Positions 38,734 through 47,365 are shown, counted from the stretch's first letter. The stretch is DNA of 64,000 nt from an uncultured bacterium (GCA_964420575.1 CAYQTU010000002.1:18534-82533), one strand, 5' to 3'. Made by a program: numbers and translations. Notes: generated by a model from the sequence alone, not told the origin.

Positions 38734-39780
38734 ATGAATACCGTCGATTTAGTGAAAATCCTGAAACAATGTTTCCAGGCGAATGTCACGCCTCTTATCT
38801 GGGGTCAGCACGGGATCGGGAAAAGCCAGATCGTGCAGGCCCTCGCTTCTGAACTGAAATACGAATGCGTGGATCTCCGGCTTGGCCAGATGGAGGTTGG
38901 AGACCTGATCGGTCTTCCCTCAAAGGAGGAGGGAAGAACCGTATGGCTCAAGCCCTCCTGGTTCCCGAAAGAAGGAACGGTTGGGATCCTATTCCTCGAT
39001 GAGCTGAACCGTGCGCGGCTTGACGTGTTGCAAGCGATCTTTCAGCTTGTCTTGGAGAGGAGACTCCACACCCATCGTCTTCCGGACGGCTGGAAAATCG
39101 TGTGCGCTTCCAATCCTTCCGGGAGCGATTATTTCGTCAATGAACTCGATCCGGCGCTTCTTGATCGGTTTCTTCACATTCAGTTCCGGCCGGAACCCAA
39201 CGAATGGATCGGCTGGGGCAAGGACACCGGCAAAATCCGGGGAGAGATCCTCGATTTAATCGCGCGGTATACGCATCTTCTCGGAAGCCCCTCGAACGAG
39301 CTTCCTCTCGAAGTGCTTCCATCCCCGAGGTCCTGGGAGATGCTTTCCCGGATGTTGAACGGTCTTGAGGACCGGCTCTGGCTGCAATGCTCGATGGGTC
39401 TTGTGGGGAAGGAGGCGGCCATCGCGTTTATCGAGAGCCTAAAAAAGGATCAGGAGATCCCGATCAAAGCCGAGGAAATACTTTCGGATTACGCGAAAGT
39501 GAAAGCACGCGTTAAAAAATACTCGTCCGGGAAGAAGGCGCGTCTCGATCTTCTCAGGATCACGGGCGACGAGTTTTTAAGGATCCTCGCCAAGGAAGGG
39601 AAAGCAAAAGCGTTAAGCGCGAAAGAGAAAACGAATCTCGTGGATTTTCTCGATGAACTTCCCGTCGATCTCGCGTTTGCGCTCGTCAAGGAACTCGTCA
39701 AGATCCCGGAAGTGAACACGCTTCTTCATTCCCAGGAGAAATTCACGGAGAAGCTCGCGCAGGCCGCGCAAGCCTCTTAA
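38734..39780 (+). CDS. MoxR-like AAA+ ATPase (AAA_5)
   Basis: Walker A LIWGQHGIGKSQ, Walker B ILFLDELNRA, sensor region IVCASNP; 348 aa. Confidence 0.8.
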   Translation: MNTVDLVKILKQCFQANVTPLIWGQHGIGKSQIVQALASELKYECVDLRLGQMEVGDLIGLPSKEEGRTVWLKPSWFPKEGTVGILFLDELNRARLDVLQAIFQLVLERRLHTHRLPDGWKIVCASNPSGSDYFVNELDPALLDRFLHIQFRPEPNEWIGWGKDTGKIRGEILDLIARYTHLLGSPSNELPLEVLPSPRSWEMLSRMLNGLEDRLWLQCSMGLVGKEAAIAFIESLKKDQEIPIKAEEILSDYAKVKARVKKYSSGKKARLDLLRITGDEFLRILAKEGKAKALSAKEKTNLVDFLDELPVDLAFALVKELVKIPEVNTLLHSQEKFTEKLAQAAQAS

Positions 39781-39800
39781 ACGTACTTTTCAGAAATATA

Positions 39801-39830
39801 GGCGGGGATTTTTTTCCCCGCCTTTTTTCT
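39801..39830 (+). terminator. rho-independent terminator
   Basis: GGCGGGGA-TTTTTTT-CCCCGCC followed by TTTTTTCT. Confidence 0.65.
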
Positions 39831-39853
39831 GTCTACCCAAGGAGGAAAACCGC

Positions 39854-40237
39854 ATGGGTTATTACACGGATTTTACGGGCTCCATTGATTTACCGGGCAT
39901 TTCCGAAAAAGACACGCAGCATCTTGAAAACATCATTCGTCGTCATTTCCGGAACGCGGAAAGCGGAATCCGTCTTGAGAAAAACAAAGACGGCTGTTCC
40001 CTTGAGTTTTTTGCCAACTGGAAAAACTATAACGAGGAGTTCCAGCGGTTCGTGATGGCGGTTGTCCGGGCGTTTCCCAAAGCCGCAGCCGGCCGGATTG
40101 ATGCCTGCGGAGAGGATAGGGATGACAACTGGGCGCTCGAAGTCGGAGGTGGCAAAGTGATTTATATCAGCTACGAACAAGTCGCGAAAGATCGAACCGT
40201 CTATTTTGACGCAAAAGGAGGAAGACATCATGATTGA
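39854..40237 (+). CDS. hypothetical protein
   Basis: RBS CAAGGAGGAAAAC; 127 aa; between MoxR ATPase and VWA genes. Confidence 0.55.
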   Translation: MGYYTDFTGSIDLPGISEKDTQHLENIIRRHFRNAESGIRLEKNKDGCSLEFFANWKNYNEEFQRFVMAVVRAFPKAAAGRIDACGEDRDDNWALEVGGGKVIYISYEQVAKDRTVYFDAKGGRHHD

Positions 40238-41315
40238 GGAAATGGTCGTTTCACTGGTACAGACAAAACCGTTTTACGCGCATTTCATCCAGCAGATGAA
40301 CCGGATCGAGACGGAGAAGATCCCGACGCTTGGCGTGAATATAAAAGAGCGCATCAACCTCTATTTCAATCCGAAGTTTCTGGACCATCTCCGATTTGAC
40401 GAACGGGTCGCGTGTCTGGAGCACGAGGTACTGCATCTTTTGCATCTCCATCTTTTCCGGGGCGATGGCAAGAACCACCGGGTTTTCAATATCGCCTGCG
40501 ATCTTGCCATTAACACCTATATCGAGAACCTTCCGAAGATCGCGCTTTTCCCGAAACTCTTCGGGTTCGAGGAAGGCCAAACCGCGGAATGGTATTACAA
40601 GAAATTAATCGAGAACTCGGAGAAGCTCGCAGCAAAGATCGCGAAGGCGGGAGAATCCTTCCTTGACGATCACGAACTTTGGAAAGACTCGGAAGGAGAT
40701 CCCGAGTATCAGCAGGAATTTTTAAGGCGCGCCATCAAGATCTCGCTTGATGAAACGCAGGACTACGGTTCTTTGCCTGGGAACATGAGCGAGGAACTGA
40801 AGGAATTCCTGAAAGGCTCCCGCGTGAATTGGAAGAGCGTGCTTGAGCGATTTTTGATTCACGCCACGCTTGTCCGTTCGATTTTCTCGAGGAAACGTCC
40901 GAACCGGAGGTTCGAGGAGTTCCCGGGCGAAAAAGTGGAACAGAAACTCAAGCTCCTGATCGGGCTTGATACGAGCGGGAGCGTAAGCGACTGTGACCTC
41001 GCGCTTTTCTTCGCCGAGATCGAGAAAATCAAAGCGCTCGGCATGGACATCACGGTCGCTGAGTGCGACACAGAGATCGGAAACGTTTACCGCTACAAAA
41101 CACGGCCGAAAGCCGTATCGGGCCGCGGCGGCACGAGTTTCCGGCCGGTCTTTGATTTGGCCGAAAAACTCCGGCCCGATGCCGTTCTTTATCTCACGGA
41201 TGGAGAAGGCGCTTATCCGGAACGTTCGAAGTATTCGACGCTCTGGTGTCTTACTCCGGACGGGAATTTCTCGGGCTCATTCGGCAAAGTCCTGAAACTT
41301 CCGCAGAAAAAATAA
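40230..41315 (+). CDS. putative metallopeptidase-like N-domain + VWA (MIDAS) domain protein (DUF2201-type MoxR partner)
   Basis: ATG 40230 with AAAGGAGG RBS. N-terminal HExxH-like LEHEVLHLLHLHLF, C-terminal MIDAS motif LIGLDTSGSVSD plus conserved GGTSF...YLTDGEG. Confidence 0.65.
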   Translation: MIEEMVVSLVQTKPFYAHFIQQMNRIETEKIPTLGVNIKERINLYFNPKFLDHLRFDERVACLEHEVLHLLHLHLFRGDGKNHRVFNIACDLAINTYIENLPKIALFPKLFGFEEGQTAEWYYKKLIENSEKLAAKIAKAGESFLDDHELWKDSEGDPEYQQEFLRRAIKISLDETQDYGSLPGNMSEELKEFLKGSRVNWKSVLERFLIHATLVRSIFSRKRPNRRFEEFPGEKVEQKLKLLIGLDTSGSVSDCDLALFFAEIEKIKALGMDITVAECDTEIGNVYRYKTRPKAVSGRGGTSFRPVFDLAEKLRPDAVLYLTDGEGAYPERSKYSTLWCLTPDGNFSGSFGKVLKLPQKK

Positions 41316-41386
41316 GCAGCTCACGGCAATTAACCGGATCGGGCGGGAATGAATTCTCGTCCTTCCATTTTTAAGGAGACGATCTT

Positions 41387-41599
41387 ATGAAACCGCTTAG
41401 CGTGAAAGGATTAGTCGAGGTTCTTGGCGTGTTGTGCGGGCAGGGAGCCATCAAAAAAGACTTTGAAGTGTGGCTTGCTTCGGATGAAGAGGGTAATAGT
41501 TTCAGTCCGCTTCTTAACGAAACCAAGATCAGTATCGGAGTCGAAGACGGGAAAATCATTTTTTATCCGTCCTCGGCGCATGAAGTAACGGAACTTTAA
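41387..41599 (+). CDS. hypothetical protein
   Basis: RBS TTAAGGAGACG; 70 aa. Confidence 0.5.
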   Translation: MKPLSVKGLVEVLGVLCGQGAIKKDFEVWLASDEEGNSFSPLLNETKISIGVEDGKIIFYPSSAHEVTEL

Positions 41600-41621
41600 C
41601 TGAAATTTATGGGAGGAACCT

Positions 41622-42263
41622 ATGAGCAGAACACCATCTCCAAGATCGAGATCTGAAATGATTGATTTTCTCGAAAATCATTTCAGATATCCCACGATGA
41701 ATTCGTGGAACCGCGCGACAAGTTACGCTCGGAATATCAAGATCCACCGGCTCGGTCTGGATCGGGATACCGAAAGCCGCTGCTTCGAAATGCTTGGAAT
41801 CGAAGAAGCTTTCGAAGATTTTTCCGGCGTGCTTCGTGAGTTCGCCATCCGCCATGATTATGAGTGGCAGATCGGTCAAAACGGACGAAGCGGAGGGTAT
41901 CTGGTCCTTTACCGTGGAGGGAAGAGGGATTCTGGCCACAAAACGCGGTGTAATGTTTGCCGGATCCCGACGTGGTACGAGACCGAACAGCCGTGTCATG
42001 TGAGCGGCTGTCAAGGAACTCTCGAGATCGTCAAATCGCCTGTTTTGGAAGTTTATACGCAGCCCGGATTAGGAGTTGATGACGATCGGGATTACGAGTC
42101 CATGAATTACGATGATCTCCGTAAGCGGGTGCTTTTGATCAAGGACTTTGACGAGACCTGCGAGCGCGCGGTGAAAGCGTTCGTGGATTTCGCACGGTCT
42201 CACAAAATCGCGGAAGAGGAGATCATGGTTCCGAAGACCGTGAAAGTCCCGGTCGAAATCTGA
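41622..42263 (+). CDS. hypothetical zinc-ribbon protein
   Basis: RBS GGGAGGAACC; RCNVCRIPTWYETEQPCHVSGCQG Cys cluster. Confidence 0.55.
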   Translation: MSRTPSPRSRSEMIDFLENHFRYPTMNSWNRATSYARNIKIHRLGLDRDTESRCFEMLGIEEAFEDFSGVLREFAIRHDYEWQIGQNGRSGGYLVLYRGGKRDSGHKTRCNVCRIPTWYETEQPCHVSGCQGTLEIVKSPVLEVYTQPGLGVDDDRDYESMNYDDLRKRVLLIKDFDETCERAVKAFVDFARSHKIAEEEIMVPKTVKVPVEI

Positions 42264-42349
42264 GCTTCCAACCGATCGTTTCAATACCCTCTCGGGATGC
42301 AATAACGCATCTCTTCATTTCAATTCCAATCTTACGAAGGAGGACACTC

Positions 42350-42739
42350 ATGAACGAATGCGATATGGCCTGCGACATTTTAAGAAAAACGAAGGACGGG
42401 GATGACCTGTCTCCGGAACATCTTTGGCTCGTGGAGAACGCGGTCAACGGATTTTTGAACGAGAAAGGGCAGGAAAAGTTCCGTGAGCTTTACGCGGAAG
42501 TATCGTCCGGAAAGTACCGGAAACCCTATCTCCACGATATCGAGTTTCTGACCATCAGCCATGAGGGATTTGTTCATTGGCGCGGCAAGCATGTGGAGCA
42601 TTACGACATCTCGTTTGCATTCTCGGAGAAAGGGCGGGAAGCCGCGCTTGAGCTTGCCAAGCGGTGCCGGTACTTGGAGCAAAAGGACATCGAGGTGAAC
42701 GCGACAAACGTTATCTGGCGCTGGAGTAAATTCCAATAA
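42350..42739 (+). CDS. hypothetical protein
   Basis: RBS GAAGGAGGACACTC; 129 aa. Confidence 0.55.
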   Translation: MNECDMACDILRKTKDGDDLSPEHLWLVENAVNGFLNEKGQEKFRELYAEVSSGKYRKPYLHDIEFLTISHEGFVHWRGKHVEHYDISFAFSEKGREAALELAKRCRYLEQKDIEVNATNVIWRWSKFQ

Positions 42740-42776
42740 AAGCATTCACGATTTAAACGAAAGAAAAAATCAACGC

Positions 42777-42812
42777 AAGAGAAGCGACTTCGGCCTCTTC
42801 TCTTTTTTATTT
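42777..42812 (+). terminator. rho-independent terminator
   Basis: AAGAGAAG...CTTCTCTT stem with GC-rich inner stem then TTTTTTATTTTT. Confidence 0.6.
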
Positions 42813-42828
42813 TTAAAGGAGGTTTCCG

Positions 42829-43290
42829 ATGGGATTTGACATTGTTGGGCACGATCCAAAAACAGAAAAAGGCGAATATTTCAGGAATAACGTCTGGTGG
42901 TGGCATCCGTTATGGGGGTTTGTATCCAAACATTGCCGGGACATTCTGACCCCTCAAGAGATCGAAGCCGGATCCTTTAATAACGGCACGCTTATTCCCG
43001 CAAGAAAAGCGCGTTTGATCGGGCTTCGCCTCAGGTTCCTGCTCGATCAAAAAGAAGTGAAAGAGTTCGAGGAGGAATACAGAAAACACCTCGATTCACT
43101 GCCGGATGAGCCCTGCGATCTTTGCGCGGGCACGGGGAAACGTTACGACGAATTCGTGAAAGGGGATTGCAACGGCTGTGGGGGCAAAGGGAAGAAACGT
43201 CCCTGGGTCACGAACTATCCGTTTAAGGAAGAAAACGTAAAAGATTTCGCGGATTTCGCGATCGAATCCGGAGGGTTCAGGATTTGTTAA
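42829..43290 (+). CDS. hypothetical protein with DnaJ-type CxxCxGxG zinc-finger repeats
   Basis: CDLCAGTGKRYDEFVKGDCNGCGGKGKK; RBS AAAGGAGG. Confidence 0.55.
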   Translation: MGFDIVGHDPKTEKGEYFRNNVWWWHPLWGFVSKHCRDILTPQEIEAGSFNNGTLIPARKARLIGLRLRFLLDQKEVKEFEEEYRKHLDSLPDEPCDLCAGTGKRYDEFVKGDCNGCGGKGKKRPWVTNYPFKEENVKDFADFAIESGGFRIC

Positions 43291-43332
43291 AACGTAAGTA
43301 ATCGCAACATTTCAATATTTCAAAACTACGGA

Positions 43333-43370
43333 AAAGCGGGACGCGTGAAAGTGCGCGTTCCGCTTTTTCT
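43333..43370 (+). terminator. rho-independent terminator
   Basis: AAAGCGGGACGCG-TGAAAGTG-CGCGTTCCGCTTT then TTTCTCTTC. Confidence 0.55.
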
Positions 43371-43390
43371 CTTCTAGGAGGAAAAATCAA

Positions 43391-44011
43391 ATGGGATACA
43401 CACATTATTGGTATCGCAAGGACAGGGAAATAGAAGGGAAGATATTTGAGCGGATCGTCTCGGATTTCAGGAAATTACTGCCGGCGATTGAGAAACTCGG
43501 GATCGCACTTGCCGGCGGCAATGGATCAGGAGATCCCGTGATTGACGGCACTCTCGTTTGTTTCAACGGTTTTGAGAAGTGCGGCCATCCGGCGTCTTAC
43601 GAGCTTGGGATCGCATGGCCGTCTCAGAACGCCAAGGGTGTTGCGAATCCTTGGCGGGAAGATGTCGAAAGCGGGCATTGGTTTGGCGGCGCGACGATCG
43701 ATAAACGTACGTGTTCCGGGGATTGCAGCCACGAAACCTGCTGGTTTCCGCGGATTCTTCCGGAGGACCGTCACACCCGGTTCGATTCACACCCCACCGA
43801 AGAAGGCGGCAGCGGCTGGCACTTCAGTTTCTGCAAGACAGCCTACAAACCATATGACCTCGCGGTGACCGCGTTTCTTGTGATTGCGAAACATCATCTA
43901 AAAGAGAAACTCTCGGTCCAGTCGGACGGCGAGACCCAGCATTGGGCGGATGCCCGGATCCTGTGCGAACAGGTTCTCAGCTACGGCATCGGCTTCGAAC
44001 TGGACCGTTAA
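43391..44011 (+). CDS. hypothetical Cys/His-rich protein
   Basis: RBS TAGGAGGAAAAATC; 206 aa; CSGDCSHETCWF. Confidence 0.55.
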   Translation: MGYTHYWYRKDREIEGKIFERIVSDFRKLLPAIEKLGIALAGGNGSGDPVIDGTLVCFNGFEKCGHPASYELGIAWPSQNAKGVANPWREDVESGHWFGGATIDKRTCSGDCSHETCWFPRILPEDRHTRFDSHPTEEGGSGWHFSFCKTAYKPYDLAVTAFLVIAKHHLKEKLSVQSDGETQHWADARILCEQVLSYGIGFELDR

Positions 44012-44086
44012 AGTCAACCCATCCCTTAAACGAGCGGAAGGCGCTTTAGGGCGTCTTTCGCTTTTTCATTTGAAAGGAGCTTCGTA

Positions 44087-44254
44087 TGCATGAGGTGCTT
44101 ATGGAAACCGATGATCGCAGTTATTACACGGATCGTCTTACCGAGTTCACGGGAAAACCCCGGATTTTCTGGGCTCATGTCCCGTTCTCCGAACTCAAAC
44201 GAATCTTCGTGAGAAAGATCAAGGAAAAGGAGGAGGTGATCAGCCGTGAATGAA
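44087..44254 (+). CDS. hypothetical small protein (55 aa)
   Basis: ATG 44087 preceded by GAAAGGAG; not in ORF track because shorter than its length cutoff. Confidence 0.35.
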
Positions 44255-44393
44255 ACAGATTGGATCATTCTGCTTTTCATCGTCATTCCGGGGATCATTC
44301 TTTGCGCCGTCTTGGATACCCGGCGTGAGCAAAAAGAATTCAGGAAATGGCTAAGAGAGGGCAGATGGAAATTTGAAAAATTCAAGCACTGAA
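44247..44393 (+). CDS. hypothetical small membrane protein (48 aa)
   Basis: GTG start overlapping previous stop; hydrophobic WIILLFIVIPGIILCAVL. Confidence 0.3.
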
Positions 44394-44421
44394 AATCAAG
44401 AACATCAAAAAACAAATCCAA

Positions 44422-44454
44422 AACGCGAGGCCTTTCCGCCTCGCTTTTTCATTT
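44422..44454 (+). terminator. rho-independent terminator
   Basis: GCGAGGC-CTTTCC-GCCTCGC then TTTTTCATTTT. Confidence 0.65.
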
Positions 44455-44473
44455 TAAAGGAGGATATAAACCC

Positions 44474-45544
44474 ATGAAACTCGAAGAATTGGTCAAGACA
44501 CTCGAATCCGAAAAACTGAGGAAGTTCGATTATCTGGTGGACTCCCGCGATCTTTCGGCCGTTTCACAAGTCGGAGGTTCGCACGGGATTTCGTTCCGGG
44601 ATGCCGGAAAATTCCGGGAGTTATCCGAAACCACTCAATTCAACCTGCTGCGCGGCGCTCACCGTCAGATCGCGGATAAACTGGAGATCCCGGAAAAGTA
44701 TTACGATCGCCTTCTCCTGCATCCCGACGCCTGGGCCTTCAATGTGAACTGGTGGCTTGAGCGGGAGCCGAAGCATTTTCTGATGCGGACTTTTCAGGAG
44801 AAAAATGACGGTATGGGAATCATCCGGGCGCTTCTTTCGAATAGATACCGGGTGATCGATCACATGGACGCGCTTTTTACCGCTCTTGAGGAACTCCGGA
44901 AGTTTTCGGGGGTCCGCGTCGAATCCTGCGATCTTACCGAAGACCGGATGTATTTGCGGGTGAGTCATCCCGGGATTCGTGCCGAGATAAAACCGGGCGA
45001 TGAAATACTTGCCGGGATGATCCTCGCCAATTCGGAAACCGGGATCGGCAAACTCTATGTGAAACCCCGGCTTCTTCGTCTGGTCTGCAAAAACGGATTG
45101 GTGACGGATCTCGGGGTGGAGCAGGTTCATCTCGGGAAAAAACTTTCCGAGGAGTTTCTTTACTCGGATGAAACCCAGCGTCTCGAAAACGAGCTTCTTT
45201 TTCGGAAGATCAAGGACATGGTCCGCTCTATTTTCTCGCCGGACACGTTTCAGAAACTCGTCGATCTTCTTCGCGAGTCCGCTGAAGTGCGCGTTCTCGA
45301 ACCTGAGAAAGCGGTCAAGAATATCGTCACCCGTTATGTCCTTCGGGAAACTCAAAAAGAAGAGATCCTCCGGAGTTTCATTGACGGCGGCGATTCCTCC
45401 AAGTACGGCCTGATCCAGGCCGTGACGCACGCTGCTCACGCGGAAACTGATCCAAATGAAGCGTCTCGAATTGAGGCGATTGGCGGTGAGATTCTCGAGA
45501 TGGACCCGGCTCGTTTCGAGGAGTTAGTTACGATTAAAGCCTAA
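44474..45544 (+). CDS. DUF932-family protein (conjugative-element/phage-plasmid-associated)
   Basis: 356 aa; RBS TAAAGGAGGATAT; pattern HRQIADKLEIPEKYYDRLL...PDAWAFNVNWWL...LSNRYRVIDHMD...GMILANSETGIGKLYVKPRLLRLVCKNG resembles DUF932; untested by search. Confidence 0.5.
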   Translation: MKLEELVKTLESEKLRKFDYLVDSRDLSAVSQVGGSHGISFRDAGKFRELSETTQFNLLRGAHRQIADKLEIPEKYYDRLLLHPDAWAFNVNWWLEREPKHFLMRTFQEKNDGMGIIRALLSNRYRVIDHMDALFTALEELRKFSGVRVESCDLTEDRMYLRVSHPGIRAEIKPGDEILAGMILANSETGIGKLYVKPRLLRLVCKNGLVTDLGVEQVHLGKKLSEEFLYSDETQRLENELLFRKIKDMVRSIFSPDTFQKLVDLLRESAEVRVLEPEKAVKNIVTRYVLRETQKEEILRSFIDGGDSSKYGLIQAVTHAAHAETDPNEASRIEAIGGEILEMDPARFEELVTIKA

Positions 45545-45636
45545 GATCTGCCGCATGCTCTGGCGGGGAGTTTTTATTCTCCCCGCCGGGGGTCCTCCCT
45601 GGATTTTTCAATTGCATCGAAAGTGAGGTGATAAAA

Positions 45637-46017
45637 ATGAGAGGTTACGTTCTTGGCGAGATGCGGAAAGCTTGGGCTTGGTATAAACGGATCGTTTCGT
45701 TTTTCGCGCAGTGGATATTTCAGATGTTTCTTCGTTTGTTTATTCTCTGCGTGACGCTCTATGTTCTGGGTGGCGGCTGCCTTTTAAAGTCCTATCAAAA
45801 TAGCGGAAAAGGATCTGAACCGCCCGTTTCAACTCCGCTTGGAAACGGTCCCACCAACACGGATTATGAGTTTAATTCGCGAGGAGCGGTTCCCATTTAC
45901 CGTGAAAGAAACGAAGGACTCCAGAGCCAGCTTCGAACCAGTCAGTCGCAAGTGCGATCGTGGGATTATACGATCAACTCGATTAAAAACGATATCGAGC
46001 GTTGGTTCCGGAAATGA
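45637..46017 (+). CDS. hypothetical membrane protein
   Basis: ATG 45637 after AGTGAGGTGA; TM helix FQMFLRLFILCVTLYVLGGGCLL. Confidence 0.5.
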   Translation: MRGYVLGEMRKAWAWYKRIVSFFAQWIFQMFLRLFILCVTLYVLGGGCLLKSYQNSGKGSEPPVSTPLGNGPTNTDYEFNSRGAVPIYRERNEGLQSQLRTSQSQVRSWDYTINSIKNDIERWFRK

Positions 46018-46025
46018 CGGGGATC

Positions 46026-46070
46026 GGGGAGAGGGGTTGCTCCCTCTCCCCGAAAAGCGCTCTTTTTTTT
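46026..46070 (+). terminator. rho-independent terminator
   Basis: GGGGAGAGGG-GTTGCT-CCCTCTCCCC then GAAAAGCGCTC-TTTTTTTT. Confidence 0.6.
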
Positions 46071-46289
46071 GCCCAAAATCAGCTAATAATTTCACGTTTT
46101 CCTATTGTGTTTCTCGCAATTTTGATCATCCCTCATCAACCTCAAAAAATGTTTCGGCCGCCCCTTGCAAAAAAGAATTTCATACATTACAGTTCCTTTG
46201 CCCAAATGGGCACCCTGAAAAAAGTCTTTTCTTTTTTCGGGACGTTTGCGGTGGGTGATATGAGGCATCCACGCATGACATAAAGAACC

Positions 46290-46620
46290 ACCTATAGTTG
46301 GAGGCGAGACGCAAGCGCGTCTCGACGTATGCAGACTATAACTCAAGGCCGTGTGAGTCTGGACACGGCAACGCGGAAGGGTTGTTCGCGTCAGAGTTGT
46401 AGTGTGCCTCCAATCCCTTTTCCCCTCAGTTCGATCTTCACTCCTGTTTAAGTCCTGACCCTGTCAGGCGTCTGATCCTGGCCTGAATTTTTCCATTCAG
46501 GAACCTTCTCTCTTTTTTCAATGTCGATCCCTATCTTGGGATTCCTTCCAATGGGCATGGTGTCTTCGCATACTTCGCGGCCTTAAAAATCTTTTTTCGT
46601 TTTTAAGGCCCTCATTTCTT
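46290..46620 (+). ncRNA. candidate structured noncoding RNA or oriT-like multi-hairpin locus
   Basis: No credible ORF. Nested long-range pairings (TGGAGGC 46297 / GCCTCCA 46406 enclosing hairpins GAGACGC-aagc-GCGTCTC, CCGTGT-gagtctgga-CACGG, ACGCG-gaagggttgtt-CGCGT); further hairpins CCTGAC/GTCAGG, CCTGAAT/ATTCAGG, 11-bp perfect IR GGCCTTAAAAA/TTTTTAAGGCC (46579-46610). Bracketed by its own terminator. Confidence 0.35.
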
Positions 46621-46623
46621 GAA

Positions 46624-46658
46624 ACGGGCAGCCCCTTTCCGGGTTGCCCGTTTTTTTT
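46624..46658 (+). terminator. rho-independent terminator
   Basis: ACGGGCAGCC-loop-GGTTGCCCGT 10-bp stem then TTTTTTTT. Confidence 0.7.
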
Positions 46659-46697
46659 CCTCATTCCAGTTCTTCGCACGGCGGAAAGGACACCGCC

Positions 46698-47306
46698 GTG
46701 TCTACAAAGAACGAAAACGAAGAACAGAATCAAAACCTTGCCGAGGAGGCTGGGGAAGAAAGAGAAGAACGAACCAAATCAAGAACAAGGGCGGTTGATT
46801 TCATGCGTGTGGAAGATACGCAAGGCCAAACTCTCACTCACTTTGAACTGAAAGTGAAAGAAAAGATCGCCTGTGTCCCGAGTCCTTTTGAAGAACTCGC
46901 CAGGAAGGAGGATGAGGAAAACCGGTCCGAAGAGGTTCGAAACACACTGAGGGACTTAGTGGAGAAGGCTTTGACCGAGAAACAGAAAGCCTGGTTCCAT
47001 CTTGCGTACGTGGAAGAACTCCCGGACTTTGAGATCGCGAAACGCCTCGGCGTTACGAAACGCCGGGTTTCGTCTCTTAGAGCCGAGGCCTTAAACGCCT
47101 TCAAGCGCGTTTATGAGAAAGAACGGCTCAAGCAATATCTGGACACCTGCGCTCTCACGGAAAAACAGAGGCTTGTGATCGAACTCCGCTTTGAGAAGCG
47201 GCTCTCCTATAAAGAGATCGCGGAACGGTTGGGAGTGACGGTTTGGGCCGTGGATGACGTTTTAAAACGGATCCGGAAAAATTTTTTCTCTCGGGAAAAT
47301 TCGTGA
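46698..47306 (+). CDS. transcriptional regulator with two tandem sigma-70 region-4-like HTH domains
   Basis: LTEKQKAWFHLAYVEELPDFEIAKRLGVTKRRVSSLRAEALNAFKRV and LTEKQRLVIELRFEKRLSYKEIAERLGVTVWAVDDVLKRIRKNF; no region-2 detected. Start taken as GTG 46698 (alternative ATG 46803) because the ORF-track start 46644 lies inside the upstream terminator. Confidence 0.6.
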   Translation: MSTKNENEEQNQNLAEEAGEEREERTKSRTRAVDFMRVEDTQGQTLTHFELKVKEKIACVPSPFEELARKEDEENRSEEVRNTLRDLVEKALTEKQKAWFHLAYVEELPDFEIAKRLGVTKRRVSSLRAEALNAFKRVYEKERLKQYLDTCALTEKQRLVIELRFEKRLSYKEIAERLGVTVWAVDDVLKRIRKNFFSRENS

Positions 47307-47365
47307 AACCTACGAAGACCTATTCCGAACAGGGTCGTTTTGGCCCAATACTATGAGGGGAGATG
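47305..47365 (+). promoter_or_regulatory. conserved ~60-bp promoter-like element, copy 2 of 3
   Basis: GAAACCTACGAAGACCTATTCCGAACAGGGTCGTTTTGGCCCAATACTATGAGGGGAGATG; begins immediately after the stop of the region-4 regulator gene and ~95 bp upstream of the pilin gene. Confidence 0.6.

Noticed and set aside
44621-45439. Minus-strand 272-aa ORF inside DUF932 gene
   Set aside because: Antisense to RBS-preceded + strand gene in an otherwise strictly + strand block.
45839-46283. ORF-track CDSs 45839..46258 and 46002..46283
   Set aside because: Overlap the real 45637..46017 gene in another frame or run through a terminator hairpin and the structured noncoding locus; low-complexity translation.
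46644-46697. ORF-track start of the region-4 regulator at 46644
   Set aside because: Would place the N-terminus across the 46624-46658 intrinsic terminator; downstream GTG 46698 or ATG 46803 are more plausible.
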